In this document: positions 61,356 to 64,000 of the stretch, piece after piece
How the letters are laid out: each line of letters starts with the position of its first letter
How positions within the stretch are numbered: the first letter of the stretch is position 1
Assembly (NCBI GenBank): GCA_013265495.1
Contig: MU058781.1
Location: 3,225,050-3,289,049 of the forward strand
Length of the DNA stretch: 64,000 bases
Direction of reading: 5' to 3'
DNA from: Vicugna vicugna
Taxonomy: Eukaryota
Program-made: the position numbers and the translations under genes
The notes under the pieces: model-generated
Database searches by the model: none
What the model was told of the DNA's origin: nothing
Seen by the model: the letters and a program-made list of their open reading frames with translations, nothing else

Positions 61356-62002
61356 CAGTGTTTCTCAGCCTCCAGACTGCTGACGTTTTGGACTAGGTGC
61401 TTGTTTGTTGGGGTTAGGAGTGGTGTTCCATGCGTCCCTGGCCTCTATCCACTAAATGCTAGTAGCACCTACGGTCTTAAGGTGTTCCTGGGACTTGTTT
61501 TGCTCAAGTATGTTAAGGGGACAAACACGGAGACAAGTGTCTTTGAAAGAAGAGTTTGTTACAGTTCCTAAGAGGGAGGGGCACACCACACCACGCAGGG
61601 CCCCGTGGGGAAGTACCACGGTTGGTCTGGAGGCAGAGGGGCTCAGGGCTGCAGAGGTGGTTTCTAATTGTTCAGTACCCGGGCCCGGGGTGATGTAGAG
61701 CAGAGGAACTGCTTGGTGTATGAGAGTTAGACACGGGAGGAGGTCAGAAGTACAGGCTTGGGATTGCTTGGTTTACAAAGGATAAGTATGCTGGCAGGCA
61801 AGTTGTTTACTATCTCTAGGAGTTAGCTAGCTCTGGGAGGGGCAGTCTCTCCAGGCCTCAGGATGTCAGAGTATCATAAAATACAGAAAATAAAAAACAT
61901 GATTAATACACCCATCTTCCCCTTGTGACCATCAAAAATGTCTCCAGGCAGTGCCAAGTGTCCCCTGGGGACAAAAATCACCCCTGGGCTTGAGAATCAC
62001 TG
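61356..62002. mobile_element. MER20 hAT MITE split by an LTR insertion
   Basis: Left arm CAGTGTTTCTCAGCC...CCCTGGCCTCTATCCACTAAATGCTAGTAGCACC. Right arm TTGTGACCATCAAAAATGTCTCCAG...TTGAGAATCACTG. Confidence 0.85.
61470..61910 (-). mobile_element. ERVL-class solo LTR (MER76/MER74-like)
   Basis: GTTGTTTACTATCTCTAGGAGTTAGCTAGCTCTGGGAGGGGCAGTCTCTCCAGG...AACATGATTAATACA, whose reverse complement begins TGTATTAATCATGTT. Confidence 0.75.
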
Positions 62003-63400
62003 ATTAAAGGCCAGAGTGGGTAGTGGCATCCATGAGTTCACCAAAGCAAGCAAGTACGCAGACTAAATCCCAGGAGGAGGGTGTTTGCGAAGGGACTGGT
62101 TTAGACTGGCAGAAGTCAGGGAGGAAGAAATCCCACATAGGAGGATTCACAGGAACAGGAGCAAGGGGGGGCAGGCAGCAGGCACGAGGAATTGGTTGCA
62201 GGTGGGCTGGTGGGGCGGGGGGCGCCGAGCAAGATCAAGTGATAGAGATGGGACGATCAGTGCTGGGCCGAGGGGAGTGACAATAGGATTGGAGTGGAAA
62301 GAGGTGTCAGAGTGTCTTGACGATAGGAAATAAAGGCTGAAGAGAAGGTTACTCCATAGCATCTAAGACAAGAGCCTAGAACGGCCATCCCCCCAGTGGA
62401 AAGGGCATAGGTGTAATGGAAGGGCAGGGTGGAATGTGGGCTCATTTAAAGATTGGAGTTTTAGTTCATTCCCAGGCCTCATTTTTAATTTTCACAGAAG
62501 CGCACGTTCATACGTACTATCAGCCAGGGGCAGCTCTTTGCACTTTCTGTATGTGCATTCACGTATTACCATGACCTCGGAAGGCAACCTCATTTTGCAG
62601 ATGAGGAAACCAAGGCTCAGAGAAGTTTAAGCTTAATCCAAATCTGGCTCCACAGTCACGCCCTTAAGTACCCAGCTATGCAGCTTCTGGAGCGTGTTAT
62701 GTACTCGCAGGTGCTGGGCATTTAGGCGATGTCATCTTCTGTCATCACTGGGGACGCTTACCTGCTGTTTGGTTTTCCCAACTATGAAATAAAGGGGCTG
62801 AGCTTGTAACTTCTTTTCGCTCTGTCATTCCATGTCTGAATGATAGTTCTACTTACTGAACAAATCAAACCTAATTCTGTTGTTTAATTCATTATCATGG
62901 AGACCTTTGTCTTAAAAAGAGAAACTGCTTTTCAGATGTTGTCTTCCTTTTGAGGCCTTGCTTGGCCCAGGAGGAGATATCCCTTCCCTGGACTCCCAGG
63001 CCCCTGGGCGTAGTGCAGGGAAAGCCTCTTTGCTGTCTGTGTACCTGTTTTTCTCCTGCTCACCTGGGAGCTCCCAGAGGGCGAGACTGTGTTGTATTCA
63101 TTTTTGTATTCCTGGCACGTAACTTGTTCCCAGTAGATGATCAATCATTGCTTTTGTGTGTTGTTTGGCTTCTTAATGATTTCAGAGCGAGGTAATCAGA
63201 CTCCGTAAGTTTGACTTGTGTAATATTACCATGCTGCAAGCTCTTTCCTGAAGAGAAGGATGGTATTAGTCCTCAGGATGGCTACGAAAATAGAAGCAGG
63301 AGGTCATAATGAAAGGAAATGAAGCTGCTTACCCAGGAAGTGGAGAGCAAAGGACTTCAGTGCTTAGCAGTGTGGCGCGCAGGGTGGCGTTGAGTTTACA

Positions 63401-63599
63401 CAGGTGTCAGCAGACTTTTTCTGTAAAGGGCCAGGCAAGTAAACGTTCTAGGCTTTAACCATGTGGTCTCTGTTGCAACTTCTCAACTCTGCTGTTGTAG
63501 CCCCAAAGCAGCCACGGGCAATATATAAATATATATAAATCTGTGTTCCAGTAACATTTTATTTACAAAGCCAGGCAGCAAGCCAGGTTTAAACCCCTG
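63401..63599. mobile_element. MER58A-like hAT-Charlie MITE
   Basis: CAGGTGTCAGCAGACTTTTTCTGTAAAGGGCCAG...GGTCTCTGTTGCAACT...TGTGTTCCAGTAACATTTTATTTACAAA...ACCCCTG. Confidence 0.85.
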
Positions 63600-63619
63600 G
63601 TGTAGGCTCTCAGATTTTA

Positions 63620-63830
63620 CAGGACACAGACCCCAGCTGTGCCACTTGCTGTGTGGTCTTGTTCAGAGTAAGCCTCAGTTTCTGCATCTGTAAAATGATG
63701 ACTCTCACAGCATCCACGCTTAGGGCTGGTGGTAGGATCAAATTAGATAATGTAAATAGAGTATTTGGCACTGACCCTAGCGTATAGTAAGCACTCAATA
63801 AGTGGTGGCTATTACTGTAATTATTATACA
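63620..63830 (+). mobile_element. MIR SINE
   Basis: GCCTCAGTTTCTGCATCTGTAAAATG...TAGTAAGCACTCAATAA...GCTATTACT. Confidence 0.88.
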
Positions 63831-64000
63831 TATTCTTGATACCCTCTGGGCTTTTTTCCTTCTTGTTTTGTATTCTGTTAAGTGAGTTCGGATTGAATTC
63901 ATGCATGTGAGTGCTGTGGTCAGATGCTTGATTTGCCCTCATTTCCTATCGGCAGACTTCCTGAGTTTGAAGAATGGTAAGGAGAACTTCTGTAGTTGCT

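Noticed and set aside
1..64000. A novel multi-gene or prokaryote-style system (operon, CRISPR array, defence island)
   Set aside because: The sequence is repeat-rich mammalian DNA with one credible coding exon. There are no regularly spaced repeat-spacer arrays and no long ORFs.

Overview
This is mammalian genomic DNA, not prokaryotic, so there are no operons, CRISPR arrays or rRNA genes. It is most likely camelid (camel/llama/alpaca). That call rests on two tRNA-headed SINEs and young L1 3' ends of the camelid/cetartiodactyl type, and on seeing no Alu, B1, BovB/Bov-A, PRE-1 or Can-SINE. Most of the window is repeat-rich intron-like sequence (MIR, L2, L1M, MaLR/ERVL solo LTRs, hAT and Tigger MITEs). 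Two + strand promoter/first-exon modules stand out. (1) A CpG island at ~47.2-48.0 kb holds the only convincing coding segment, a first coding exon from ATG 47578 to a perfect G|GTAAGT phase-1 donor after 47827. It encodes 83 aa with a Cys/His cluster and an RPKKK motif, and a perfect DR3 nuclear-receptor element lies just upstream. (2) A TATA-like promoter and candidate non-coding first exon lie at ~5.0-5.5 kb. My tentative reading, from recall and not a search, is that both are alternative first exons inside the large intron of PHACTR1. Nearly all other ORFs in the track are spurious. Well-supported retrotransposition details include a twin-primed 5'-inverted L1 with a 17-bp TSD, a three-layer L2>L1>L1 nest and a pure T79 run inside MER82. 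I found no evidence for a novel multi-gene system. Repeat subfamily names come from remembered consensus sequences and need RepeatMasker/Dfam confirmation.
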